Part shown: positions 1 through 9,319 of the stretch, one piece after another
Layout of the letters: each line of letters starts with the position of its first letter
Numbering within the stretch: position 1 is the first letter of the stretch
NCBI GenBank assembly: GCA_023819145.1
Contig: JAMWCW010000001.1
Location: 154,474-218,473, forward strand
Reading direction: 5' to 3'
From: Candidatus Omnitrophota bacterium
GTDB lineage: Bacteria > Omnitrophota > Gorgyraeia > DTHP01
DNA: 64,000 nt
Notes under the pieces: generated by a model
The model's database searches: none
What the model saw: the letters and a program-made list of their open reading frames with translations, nothing else
Told to the model about the DNA's origin: nothing
Position numbers and translations under genes: made by a program

Positions 1-63
1 AAATTTTTATAATTAAAATAAGAGAAAAATTAAATTTTTTTGATTTTTACAGGAGGTGAGCTT

Positions 64-228
64 ATGCCTGTATATGAATTTCAATGTATAAAATGCAGTC
101 AGAACTTTGAAGTAAAATGCTCTTTGGAAGAATACAGGAAAATGAAACCCGCTTGTCCTAAATGTAAAAGTGAAATGGTAGAAAGGAAAATTTCTCTTTT
201 CTATGCCCAGACCGAATCTAAGACATGA
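64..228 (+). CDS. FmdB-family zinc-ribbon protein
   Basis: MPVYEFQCIKC...ACPKC motif; RBS AGGAGG at 51-56 favours the ATG at 64. Confidence 0.85.
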   Translation: MPVYEFQCIKCSQNFEVKCSLEEYRKMKPACPKCKSEMVERKISLFYAQTESKT

Positions 229-707
229 AGATAGGAATTATCTCTGATACTCATGATAATCTTGATAACGCAGAGAAAGCCTTAAATTTATTTAAAGAGC
301 AAGGAGTGGATTTCTTTATTCATGCTGGAGACTTTGTCGCCCCTTTTTCTCTTAAGCCATATTTTGAAAAGGGGTTTGATTTTGTAGGTGTTTTTGGTAA
401 TAATGATGGAGAAATAATGGGATTGAAAGAAAAATCAAAAGGAAAGATTAAAGAGCCTCCCTTTATTTTTAATCTTGGAGATAAAGAAATTCTTGTAGTT
501 CACGAATTATCTCAAATTAGAAACCTTAACCAACACAATCTTCCTGCGGTGGTTGTTTCAGGGCATACGCATATCGCCGAGATAAAAAAAGAGAAAAACA
601 CTCTTTTTATAAATCCGGGAGAAGCAGGGGGGTGGCTTACGGGGAGAGCGACCTGCGCTATCCTTGATCTTGATAAGATGGAAGCAGAAATTATTGAGGT
701 AAAATAG
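225..707 (+). CDS. Metallophosphoesterase, YfcE/MJ0936 family
   Basis: SDTHDN, HAGD, GNND, GHTH and NPGE motifs. Confidence 0.9.
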   Translation: MKIGIISDTHDNLDNAEKALNLFKEQGVDFFIHAGDFVAPFSLKPYFEKGFDFVGVFGNNDGEIMGLKEKSKGKIKEPPFIFNLGDKEILVVHELSQIRNLNQHNLPAVVVSGHTHIAEIKKEKNTLFINPGEAGGWLTGRATCAILDLDKMEAEIIEVK

Positions 708-717
708 GAGGACACTT

Positions 718-1062
718 ATGCCTATAATGGATATAAATATCATACCTATTGGAACGAAGGGAACATCTTTAAGTAAATATGTTGCTTGTGCCGAGAAAGT
801 TTTAATGAGAGAGAAGGATGTTAAGATGCAAATTACGGCGATGGGAACCATAGTGGAATCAAGGTCTTTGAAGAGGCTTTTAGAAATTGCACAAAAGATG
901 CATCGAGCAGTTATTACTTCGGGAGCAAAGCGAGTTTTGACCAAAATAGAGATTGATGAGCGCAGAGATAAGCGAATAAGTATTGAGAGTAAAGTAAAAT
1001 CAGTTAAAGAAAAGTTTGGGAAGGAGGTGAAGAAGCATGGCAAAATTTCTGATGTTAGGTAA
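718..1062 (+). CDS. MTH1187-family (thiamine-binding-like) protein
   Basis: IPIGT..SLSKYVA, TAMGTIVE, RVLTKIEIDERRDK, SKVKSV. Confidence 0.85.
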   Translation: MPIMDINIIPIGTKGTSLSKYVACAEKVLMREKDVKMQITAMGTIVESRSLKRLLEIAQKMHRAVITSGAKRVLTKIEIDERRDKRISIESKVKSVKEKFGKEVKKHGKISDVR

Positions 1063-1315
1063 GTATACTTTGGAAGGGATTAAGGGGATTAGTAAAGAGC
1101 GCACAAAAAAGGGGGCAGAGTTAATTGAGAAAGCAGGAGGGAAAGTGGAGAAAATGTATGTTCTCTTAGGAAACTACGACCTTGCTTTCTTGGCAGATTT
1201 TCCTGATAATACACAAGCGCTTAAGGCTTCGGTTGGACTCACAAAACTGACGGGGATTGGTTTTACTACCTGTCCTGCACTTAGTGTGGAGGAGTTTGAT
1301 AAGCTGGTAGGATAA
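1037..1315 (+). CDS. GYD domain protein
   Basis: YTLEGIKG...GGKVEKMYVLLGNYDL pattern. Confidence 0.8.
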   Translation: MAKFLMLGKYTLEGIKGISKERTKKGAELIEKAGGKVEKMYVLLGNYDLAFLADFPDNTQALKASVGLTKLTGIGFTTCPALSVEEFDKLVG

Positions 1316-1385
1316 TAGAGTAAGAAACAAAAAATATCAATTAAACATAAAAATTTAAGCATAAAATTAGGAGGGGGGAGGCAAG

Positions 1386-1718
1386 ATGTCAATCATTAAA
1401 GAATTTAAGGAGTTTGCGGTTAAAGGGAATGCTATTGATATGGCAGTAGGTATTATTATTGGTGCTGCTTTTGGTAAAGTGATAACTTCACTGGTTAATG
1501 ATGTGATTATGCCTCCCATCGGGCTACTCATCGGAGGAGTGGATTTTAAAGATTTGAAATTGGTTCTAAAGCAAGCTGTGCTTGATAAGCCCGAAGTTGC
1601 CTTGAATTATGGTAAATTTATCAATACATTGCTTGATTTCTTAATCGTGGCCTTTGCTATTTTTATAATGGTTAAGGCAATTAATACTCTAAAGAAAAAA
1701 GCACAAGCAACAAAATAA
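1386..1718 (+). CDS. mscL: Large-conductance mechanosensitive channel
   Basis: [45 protein letters not shown]. Confidence 0.97.
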   Translation: MSIIKEFKEFAVKGNAIDMAVGIIIGAAFGKVITSLVNDVIMPPIGLLIGGVDFKDLKLVLKQAVLDKPEVALNYGKFINTLLDFLIVAFAIFIMVKAINTLKKKAQATK

Positions 1719-1862
1719 ACTTAAGTCTATAGAATTTATTAGTTAATCAAAGAAGAAGTAGGGCTTTTTATTTCATAATTTTCAAAAAAGCATATATAGG
1801 CAGGTTGATACTGCTTAGTATACCTTAAAAGGTCTTAAGAACTTTCTTTAAGTCAGTTACCT

Positions 1863-3118
1863 TCAAAAGTAGCTGAGAAGGGGTTGTTTTTTTACCTCTC
1901 GCACTTCTCTAATTCTTCGAGAAAGTAAAAGCACTACCAGCCAACGTAAAGAACTTGAAACTAGGAAAAGGAGAAGAATTTTATAGCCTCTTAAAGGAGG
2001 AAGGTATTTTACTAAGAAACCTCCTAAAAACGCTCCTAGACAGAGAGCTATTCCATTAAAGACATTAAAATAGGCAACGCACCGCGTTCTTTTCTGAGGG
2101 GTTACTGCATCAAGAATAAAATTTGTTGCTGAAAGGTTAAATCCCGACCAGGCAAATCCTGATAGTGCTTGGATAAAAAATAGGTAAAGAGGGTTTTGAT
2201 TAATAATCCAGAGAAAAGGAAGACAGGCAATAAAATGGGAAGTAATCTTTAGAATCCGCACATTCCCTACTTCATCTGCCATCCTCCCCCAACGGTCAAC
2301 CAAAATGATGGAAAACATTGCTACGGTTGTAACCAAAATGGTATAGGTCAAATAATTAAATTTGAGGTCTCTGAGCATAAATACTGAGAAAAAGGGAGCG
2401 GCGATATTCACAGAGAAGTTTAGTCCAGAGACAAAGGTTACAAATTTCAAAAAATTTGACTCCCTGATGCGTCTAATAAAATCTAAGAAACTAAAATATG
2501 ATTCAGGTCTGTTCCTAAAAGGAGGTTCATACATCCGGATTAAGAAAAACCAAGAGAGCATTCTAAAGATAAATGATAGGCTAAAAATAATAACAAAGCC
2601 TTTTAACGGTTTTTGTTTCAAAAAATGCAATATAAATCCGGAAATAAAGGAAGCACTGATTATTATGGTTTGAAAAAGTTTATTTCTTTTACCAAAGAAT
2701 TTACCCCTTTTTTGCCAAGGAATATATTCAGAGATTAAAGAAGTCCAAGGTGGCCCGGCGAAGGCATTTAAGCTGTTGAGTAGAGCTACAAAAAGAATAA
2801 GAAAAAACACGGTATTTTCTTTGAAGATGTAAGGAATAAAGACAAGTGGTATAAACATTAGGGCATGTAAAAGAACAAAGATATTAATAATCTTTTTCCT
2901 GCTTTTCATTTTTTCTGTGAAATCCGCGGATTTAGTTGGACTAAAGAAGATGAAAGATTGGATAAGGCGGAGAGAGTTCCTATTTGTTTTACATTTGCTT
3001 TCAAAGCCAAGGCATAAGGAGTGATATAATCGGTAGTCAATCCAAACATACAAGAGGCAAAAATCCCATCCCACAAAGAATAACCAATGCTTTTTCTAAT
3101 TTTATTTTGCTTATTCAT
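1863..3118 (-). pseudogene. MFS transporter, frameshifted (pseudogene or sequencing error)
   Basis: N-terminus in ORF 2906..3118 (YSLWDGIFAS...PYALAL) and remainder in ORF 1863..3074; adding one A in CTAAATCC near 2931-2933 joins them as QL-K-SADFTEK. Confidence 0.75.
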
Positions 3119-3148
3119 ATTTTTATATTATAATAAAAAAATAAAAAG

Positions 3149-4225
3149 ATGAAAACGGGGATAGCACACCTGCCTTTGCATTATGGTAAAGCTCCTTCCT
3201 GGCTCTTTACCCGAATGAAAGTTCTTGCCCGCGAAATTATTTTAATTATAGTTAAGGAATTTGGGCAAGAGGAGATTTTATTTAAACTATCTGACCCTTT
3301 TTGGTTCCAAGCGTTTGGTTGCGTTTTAGGTTTTGACTGGCATTCTTCAGGGTTGACTACCACGGTTTGTGGGGCAATCAAAGAAGGGTTAAGGGATGTT
3401 TCCAAAGAGTTGGGAATTTTTGTCTGCGGAGGCAAAGGTGGGGTTGCGCGTAAGACTCCTCAGGAAATAGAGCAGCTTGCGGAGAAAAGATTCATTGAGG
3501 TTTCACCCGAACGACTTGTCTATGCCAGCAAGATGTCTGCTAAAGTAGATTCTACTGCTTTGCAGGACGGTTATCAAATTTATCATCACAGTTTTATCTT
3601 GACCCGCGACGGCCAATGGTGTGTAATCCAACAGGGAATGAACAAAGATACACGTTGGGCAAGAAGATATCACTGGTTGAGCAAGAATTTGGAGGATTTT
3701 GTTTGCGAACCCCATAAGGCGATTTGCTGTGACCAAAGAGGTAGAGTTCTAAATATGGTGGCAAAAGAGAGTTCATCGGCGAGAGCAATGAGTGTTATTT
3801 TGTCGCGAGAAAAACCCCAAAAAGTTTTGGAAGAATTTAGGAAAGTTAAAGAATTAAAATTATCCTCAAAGCATCCTTTATCTTTCAGGAATATTCGTCC
3901 AGAAAATTTAAGAAAAATTTTACTAAAGACTTATGAAGAAAGACCAGAAAATTTTGAAGAACTTCTCGCCATAGAAGGGGTAGGCCCAAAAACTATTCGT
4001 GCTTTAGCGCTTATTTCTGAGTTAATCTATGGTAAGAAGGTTTCTTTTTATGACCCGGTGAATTTTGCCTTTGCGCATGGTGGAAAAGATGGCTATCCTT
4101 ATCCGGTAAATAGAAGAACATACGATTTATCTATTCAGGTTTTAAAGGATTGTCTTAATCAGGCAAAGATAGGCGAATATGATAAATTGAGAGCATTAAG
4201 GAAGTTATCTCTTTTTGTTGTTTAG
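3149..4225 (+). CDS. DUF763 family protein
   Basis: LPLHYGKAPSWL, SDPFWFQAFGCVLGFDWHSSG, KVDS..LQDGY, AHGGKDGYPYPV. Confidence 0.92.
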   Translation: MKTGIAHLPLHYGKAPSWLFTRMKVLAREIILIIVKEFGQEEILFKLSDPFWFQAFGCVLGFDWHSSGLTTTVCGAIKEGLRDVSKELGIFVCGGKGGVARKTPQEIEQLAEKRFIEVSPERLVYASKMSAKVDSTALQDGYQIYHHSFILTRDGQWCVIQQGMNKDTRWARRYHWLSKNLEDFVCEPHKAICCDQRGRVLNMVAKESSSARAMSVILSREKPQKVLEEFRKVKELKLSSKHPLSFRNIRPENLRKILLKTYEERPENFEELLAIEGVGPKTIRALALISELIYGKKVSFYDPVNFAFAHGGKDGYPYPVNRRTYDLSIQVLKDCLNQAKIGEYDKLRALRKLSLFVV

Positions 4226-4310
4226 TAATTTTTTAAATGAGGGTTATTCATTTTTGTTGCAAAATTCTCTTTATTGTTATAAGGTATAGTAGCTAACCTA
4301 ATATACGCTC

Positions 4311-5354
4311 ATGAGCTTAAAAAAGTTTAAGACGTTTTCTAGAAAAATAGTTTTATTGATTCTTCTATTGTCATTTATTTATTCTGAACGGGCAATTCCT
4401 GCGGAAATAAATGATTATTTGGATAAGCTTATTTTTGTTGATTTACAGACTTCTGCGGTAACCATAGAAATGTATAAATATTTGGGATGGGTTGAGGATC
4501 GGAACGAATGGGGCAGGGCTTCGCTCAAAGCTATAGGAGATTTAGAAAAAATAAAAGAACATCTTGAGAGTTTAGATTTTCCCGAGGAATTAAATGGACT
4601 GAAAAATATGTATGGGATAATTATTGCAAGTCTTAAATCAATCTATACAGGTATTGACCAAAAAGATGAAAGTAAGATTAAATCGGAGTTTAGAACTTTT
4701 AATACTCTATATGCCAAATATTCAGAGAACTTAAAGATGTTTAAGGATGTTAAGAAACAAGCGGGGACTTCAATGCCTGTAGAAGAAATTTTGAAATTTA
4801 TAGATAATGAAGAGGATAAAAACAATTTCCTGCAGGCGGTAAAGTTGATGAAGTCCAGAAAGTATCTGCAGGCTTATAGTATTTTAAATAAATTAAAAGA
4901 AAAATATTCAGGGACCGTTTTTGGAGATTGCGTTATGTTGAAAATAACCGATTGTTATCTCCGGGAAGACACCGACATTGAGGTAGTTAATCGCTATAAA
5001 GCGACTGAGGATGCTCTTATAGTTTTGAAAACAATTATTAACAAAAATGTCTATTCTCCTATTCTTTATGAGGCATTCTACAAATGGAGAACGATAGAAC
5101 AGGAGTTTAATCACGGCATGTCTAATATCTCAGATATACCCAATATGGAATATAATGAGCAACGATGGAAAATAGTTCAGGTAATAAAGGCATATCTTAA
5201 GGATAATCCACTTGACCGTTGGGCGAAAATACAGATTGACTTGCTTCTCGGTTTACCTAATATAAAACGTGGTGGTGCGATGGGGAATGATAACTTGATA
5301 CATTGGGGAGTGCTTTACACTGACCTTGCTCAGAGGATAAGCCCTAATTTCTAA
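4311..5354 (+). CDS. Hypothetical exported, helical (TPR-like) protein
   Basis: 347-aa ORF with a signal-peptide-like N-terminus; no family recognised. Confidence 0.6.
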   Translation: MSLKKFKTFSRKIVLLILLLSFIYSERAIPAEINDYLDKLIFVDLQTSAVTIEMYKYLGWVEDRNEWGRASLKAIGDLEKIKEHLESLDFPEELNGLKNMYGIIIASLKSIYTGIDQKDESKIKSEFRTFNTLYAKYSENLKMFKDVKKQAGTSMPVEEILKFIDNEEDKNNFLQAVKLMKSRKYLQAYSILNKLKEKYSGTVFGDCVMLKITDCYLREDTDIEVVNRYKATEDALIVLKTIINKNVYSPILYEAFYKWRTIEQEFNHGMSNISDIPNMEYNEQRWKIVQVIKAYLKDNPLDRWAKIQIDLLLGLPNIKRGGAMGNDNLIHWGVLYTDLAQRISPNF

Positions 5355-5455
5355 CCGCTATTTATCTCTCCTGGTGCTTTTAAGATGCGTATTAAAATTT
5401 TAGAAGAAAAACTCATTTCTATTTTTAAACAGTTCGATAAAATGGATAAAATCTA

Positions 5456-6451
5456 ATGAGAAAATTCCATTATTCCACTGATAGATATAATCGGTTAGTT
5501 ATAAAAGCAAAAAACAAAATGTATCCCGTAGAAGGAGAGTTTAAGATTAAGAATAATGAATTAATATTTTTTCCCCATCCCAAATCGCGTTTTACCAAAG
5601 AACTTGACTTACCACGGCGAATACAGTTTGAAGGTAGATGGAGATTGGATAAGAATCATAATCTCTGTCTGTTACTTGAGGATACGGATTACCATTATAA
5701 AGGAGACATACTTGAGATTAAGGGTAAGATAATTGCGGTTGAAGCCGAAGAACTGATTTTTCAGACCCGCTTTAAAAAAGCTCCAGAAGAAGAAAATATT
5801 ACTTTACTGCGTTTAGGAGGGAGGTGGCAGGCGGATGAATTTAATCAGTTGCTTTTTTTAGTTACACGGGATTTAGAAGAAGATGTTTTGAAATTTTCTT
5901 CTGGTTGGGAGGTAAACGAAAATTATAGCATTATCTACACTTATGAAAAAAGAGATTTACTTACGCGAGAGAAAACCGTAGAATATATAGAATTTAAAGG
6001 CTACTGGGAGATTTGTAAGAAGAGGCGCATAAGTTATGTTCTTGATTTTAAAAATAATTCTTTCTTTCAATTTGTGGGGTATTGGAATATTCCCGATGAG
6101 CGCGGAAGGGAAGGAGAGATTAAGTGCAGGATAGGGGTGGGAGTAAGAAAGCTCTACCGGGAGAACGTTTTCTCGCTTCTGGGCGAATGGCGGATTAAAG
6201 AAAAAAATAAACTTTTATTTGAGATAGAGTATAGAGACAAAGGCTTGCCAGGGATAGTTTTTAAGACAGAAATTAAGAGGCGTGATGATAAGAATTTAGT
6301 TTTTGCGCTTAAGAATAAAAATGGCGAGCCCTTGGGAATAGAGTTAAGTTTCGAAATGAGTTTTTTGAAAAAGAATAAGAAATTTTTTCTACGCTTTTTA
6401 AGTTCAGATAAAGAAAAACGTTTAGAAGGAGGATTAAGTTCTAACTGGTAG
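5456..6451 (+). CDS. Hypothetical beta-rich protein with internal GxW repeats
   Basis: 331-aa ORF with recurring (F/L)xGxWxxxxxNxLxF-like motifs. Confidence 0.65.
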   Translation: MRKFHYSTDRYNRLVIKAKNKMYPVEGEFKIKNNELIFFPHPKSRFTKELDLPRRIQFEGRWRLDKNHNLCLLLEDTDYHYKGDILEIKGKIIAVEAEELIFQTRFKKAPEEENITLLRLGGRWQADEFNQLLFLVTRDLEEDVLKFSSGWEVNENYSIIYTYEKRDLLTREKTVEYIEFKGYWEICKKRRISYVLDFKNNSFFQFVGYWNIPDERGREGEIKCRIGVGVRKLYRENVFSLLGEWRIKEKNKLLFEIEYRDKGLPGIVFKTEIKRRDDKNLVFALKNKNGEPLGIELSFEMSFLKKNKKFFLRFLSSDKEKRLEGGLSSNW

Positions 6452-6472
6452 TTGCTTAAAGAAAGGAGAGAG

Positions 6473-7666
6473 ATGAGCATATCAAATAAGGTTAGTCAAA
6501 TCAGTCCGTCGTTAACCTTAGGGATTACCGCTAAGGTAAAACAGATGCAGAATGAAGGGATAAAGGTAATTGGTTTTGGCGCAGGAGAACCGGATTTTGA
6601 TACCCCTTTACATATTAAAGAGGAAGCAAAACGTGCCATTGAGCGTGGTTTTACAAAATATACTCCTTCTTCAGGAATAAGAGAATTAAAAGAAGCAATT
6701 TGTGCAAAATTTAAAAATGATAATCAATTAGATTTCTCTCCGGAAGAGGTAATCGTTTCCTGTGGAGCAAAACACGTTATTTTTAATGCTATCTTTACTC
6801 TTTGTGATGAAGATGATGAAGTAATTTTACCTTCTCCTTACTGGTTGAGTTATCCAGAAATGATTAAGTTAAGCGGTGCAAAGCCAGTGATTGTAGAAAC
6901 GAAGGCAGAAAATGGTTTTAAAATCACCCCACAGCAGATAGAGAAAGTAATCAATTCTAAAACAAAGCTTTTTATTCTCAATTCTCCCTCTAATCCTACA
7001 GGCATGGTTTACAATCGACAGGAATTAGAGGAAATTGCTAAGCTCTTAGTAAAGCATGGTATCTGGTGCATTTCTGATGAGATTTATGAAAAGCTTATCT
7101 ATGATAACGTAAAACATATCAGCATTGCTTCTTTTGGGGAGAATGTTAAGAAAAAAACATTGGTGGTAAACGGTGTTTCCAAAACTTATGCTATGACCGG
7201 GTGGCGCATTGGTTATTGTGCCGGTCCAAAAGAAATCATTCAGGCAATGTCCAATTTACAGGACCATTCTACATCCAATCCTGCTTCCATTTCTCAGATA
7301 GCTGCTTTGGAAGCATTGAGAGGAAGTCAGGAGGGTTTAAATAAAATGGTAAACGAATTCAGGAAAAGAAGAGACTGCATGGTAGAAAAGATAAATTCTT
7401 TGCCCTTGCTTAAAACAATTAAACCTCAAGGAGCATTCTATTGCTGGGTAGATATTTCGGGTATACTGGGTAAATCTCTTGATAAGAAATTGATTAAGAG
7501 TTCTTTGGATTTTACTGAAGTGCTCTTAAATTCAGCTCACGTAGCGGTTGTTCCCGGAGGCGCCTTTGGCGATGAACGATATATTAGGCTTTCTTATGCT
7601 ACCTCGATGGAGAATATTGTTGAGGGTTTGAAGAGAATTAAAGAATTTTTGGAAGAGAGGATTTAA
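6473..7666 (+). CDS. aspC: PLP-dependent aminotransferase class I (aspartate aminotransferase)
   Basis: GAGEPDF, NSPSNPTG, SDEIYE, SKTYAMTGWRIGY; RBS AAGGAG before the ATG at 6473. Confidence 0.9.
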   Translation: MSISNKVSQISPSLTLGITAKVKQMQNEGIKVIGFGAGEPDFDTPLHIKEEAKRAIERGFTKYTPSSGIRELKEAICAKFKNDNQLDFSPEEVIVSCGAKHVIFNAIFTLCDEDDEVILPSPYWLSYPEMIKLSGAKPVIVETKAENGFKITPQQIEKVINSKTKLFILNSPSNPTGMVYNRQELEEIAKLLVKHGIWCISDEIYEKLIYDNVKHISIASFGENVKKKTLVVNGVSKTYAMTGWRIGYCAGPKEIIQAMSNLQDHSTSNPASISQIAALEALRGSQEGLNKMVNEFRKRRDCMVEKINSLPLLKTIKPQGAFYCWVDISGILGKSLDKKLIKSSLDFTEVLLNSAHVAVVPGGAFGDERYIRLSYATSMENIVEGLKRIKEFLEERI

Positions 7667-7669
7667 AAG

Positions 7670-8929
7670 TTGAAAAGAGAGTTTGTTCTTTTTATTTTTT
7701 GGATATTTTTGGTGTTTCTCTTTCTAAACACAAAGAAAGTATACCCATATTTTTTAGAATTTTGGGATAAGGGAAGAGAATGGTTAAATCCCGAAATGCC
7801 TTTTTGTAGCGGTGTAGAAGAAAGTGAAGGAGTTCCTGCTAATGTAGGGAATCTGAATAGATTCTTATCTTCTATAGACAACATGGCGGGTCTATCTGGA
7901 GAAGATACGGATGGATATCCCATAGGAGATTTACTGCCCAAGGATTATGATTTTTTTTGGGAAGAGATGCGTTTTATAAATGCCCCTGATTATCTACGTA
8001 TTCCTACCTATGATGGCAGTGGACAGGCAGTACATCCCGATATAGTTTATTTTCCTCAAGGTTGGCAAGGTTATGCTTATTGGATGGTTTTTACTCCCTA
8101 TCCTTGGAGCAAACGGAGTTTTGAGAATCCATCGATTGTTGCTAGCCACGATGGTTTTTATTGGGAAGTTCCTCCGGGTTTGAAAAATCCTATCGTAGAG
8201 AGAGTGAACATGGGTTATCATGCCGACCCAGACCTTATTTACAATCAGGAAACCAATGAATTATGGATTTATTTTATGCGGTTTAAAGACAATAAAAGTT
8301 ATCTTTTTAGAATCCGTTCTTCCGATGGGATAAATTGGACTCAACCGGAATTGATATTGTGGGAACCCTTCTTTGGCATGCTTTCTCCTTCCATAGTTTA
8401 TAGAGAAGGAGTTTATCATCTTTGGTATGTAGATTCAGGAAGACAGGGTATTAATGCGAGCCATACCGAGGTTAAATATCGCACCTCTTACGACGGCGTT
8501 AATTGGAGCCAGGCAAGTAAAGTAAATATAAATATAGATGGTATTCAAATCTGGCATCTGGAGGTGAATTACATTCTCTCCCAAGGAGAGTTCTGGATGT
8601 TTTTTCCCGGCTTTAAAGAAGGCACTTCTGCTGATAGAACAGATTTATATTTTGCGAGAACAAATAATCCTCTTAATTGGACAACGCTACTTTCACCGGT
8701 ATTGACCAGAGGAACGGGAAAAATTTGGGATAATACAAGAATTTATCAGACAAGTTTTATTTATGATGAAGAAACCCAAGAAATCCATCTTTGGTATTCT
8801 GCAGGACAGAAGGTTTGGAAGGTTTTTTATATTATTCCCTATCCCACCTATCAGTGGAGGATTGGTTATACAAGCCTTAAAATTCCTTTAGTCCAAAGAA
8901 ACATCCCGGATTTGCGAAAGAACTTTTAA
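7670..8929 (+). CDS. Membrane-anchored five-blade beta-propeller, glycoside-hydrolase-like
   Basis: N-terminal TM; HPD, ENPSIVASHDG..W, SSDGINW and SYDGVNW blade motifs. Confidence 0.6.
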   Translation: MKREFVLFIFWIFLVFLFLNTKKVYPYFLEFWDKGREWLNPEMPFCSGVEESEGVPANVGNLNRFLSSIDNMAGLSGEDTDGYPIGDLLPKDYDFFWEEMRFINAPDYLRIPTYDGSGQAVHPDIVYFPQGWQGYAYWMVFTPYPWSKRSFENPSIVASHDGFYWEVPPGLKNPIVERVNMGYHADPDLIYNQETNELWIYFMRFKDNKSYLFRIRSSDGINWTQPELILWEPFFGMLSPSIVYREGVYHLWYVDSGRQGINASHTEVKYRTSYDGVNWSQASKVNINIDGIQIWHLEVNYILSQGEFWMFFPGFKEGTSADRTDLYFARTNNPLNWTTLLSPVLTRGTGKIWDNTRIYQTSFIYDEETQEIHLWYSAGQKVWKVFYIIPYPTYQWRIGYTSLKIPLVQRNIPDLRKNF

Positions 8930-8945
8930 GCTTTTTGGTTTATAA

Positions 8946-8974
8946 TTGACAAACTGAAAGAATTAAGATAATAT
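8946..8974 (+). promoter_or_regulatory. Putative sigma70 promoter of the rpsO-pnp operon
   Basis: TTGACA-17nt-TAATAT. Confidence 0.5.
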
Positions 8975-9047
8975 ATTAAAATATCTAAAAGAGATGGATT
9001 CTTTTTGTTTTTTATGAGTTTAATATCGTGAAAGGAGGAGATAAAAA

Positions 9048-9317
9048 TTGGCACTACTTACCGAACAGAAAAAAAAGATAATTACTGATTTTCGGGTGCA
9101 TGAGAAAGATACCGGTTCCTGCGAGGTGCAGATTGCTTTACTTACAGAGAGGATAAATCTCTTATCCGAACACCTTAAGACCCATAAAAAAGACCATAGT
9201 TCTCGCAGAGGGCTACTAAAGTTGGTGGGGAAAAGAAGAAGATTGCTTGATTATTTAAAGAGGCACGACCGCAGAAGGTACGAGAAAATCATAAAGGTTC
9301 TTGACATACGGAAATAA
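9048..9317 (+). CDS. rpsO: 30S ribosomal protein S15
   Basis: [35 protein letters not shown]; TTG start after AGGAGG. Confidence 0.98.
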   Translation: MALLTEQKKKIITDFRVHEKDTGSCEVQIALLTERINLLSEHLKTHKKDHSSRRGLLKLVGKRRRLLDYLKRHDRRRYEKIIKVLDIRK

Positions 9318-9319
9318 AG

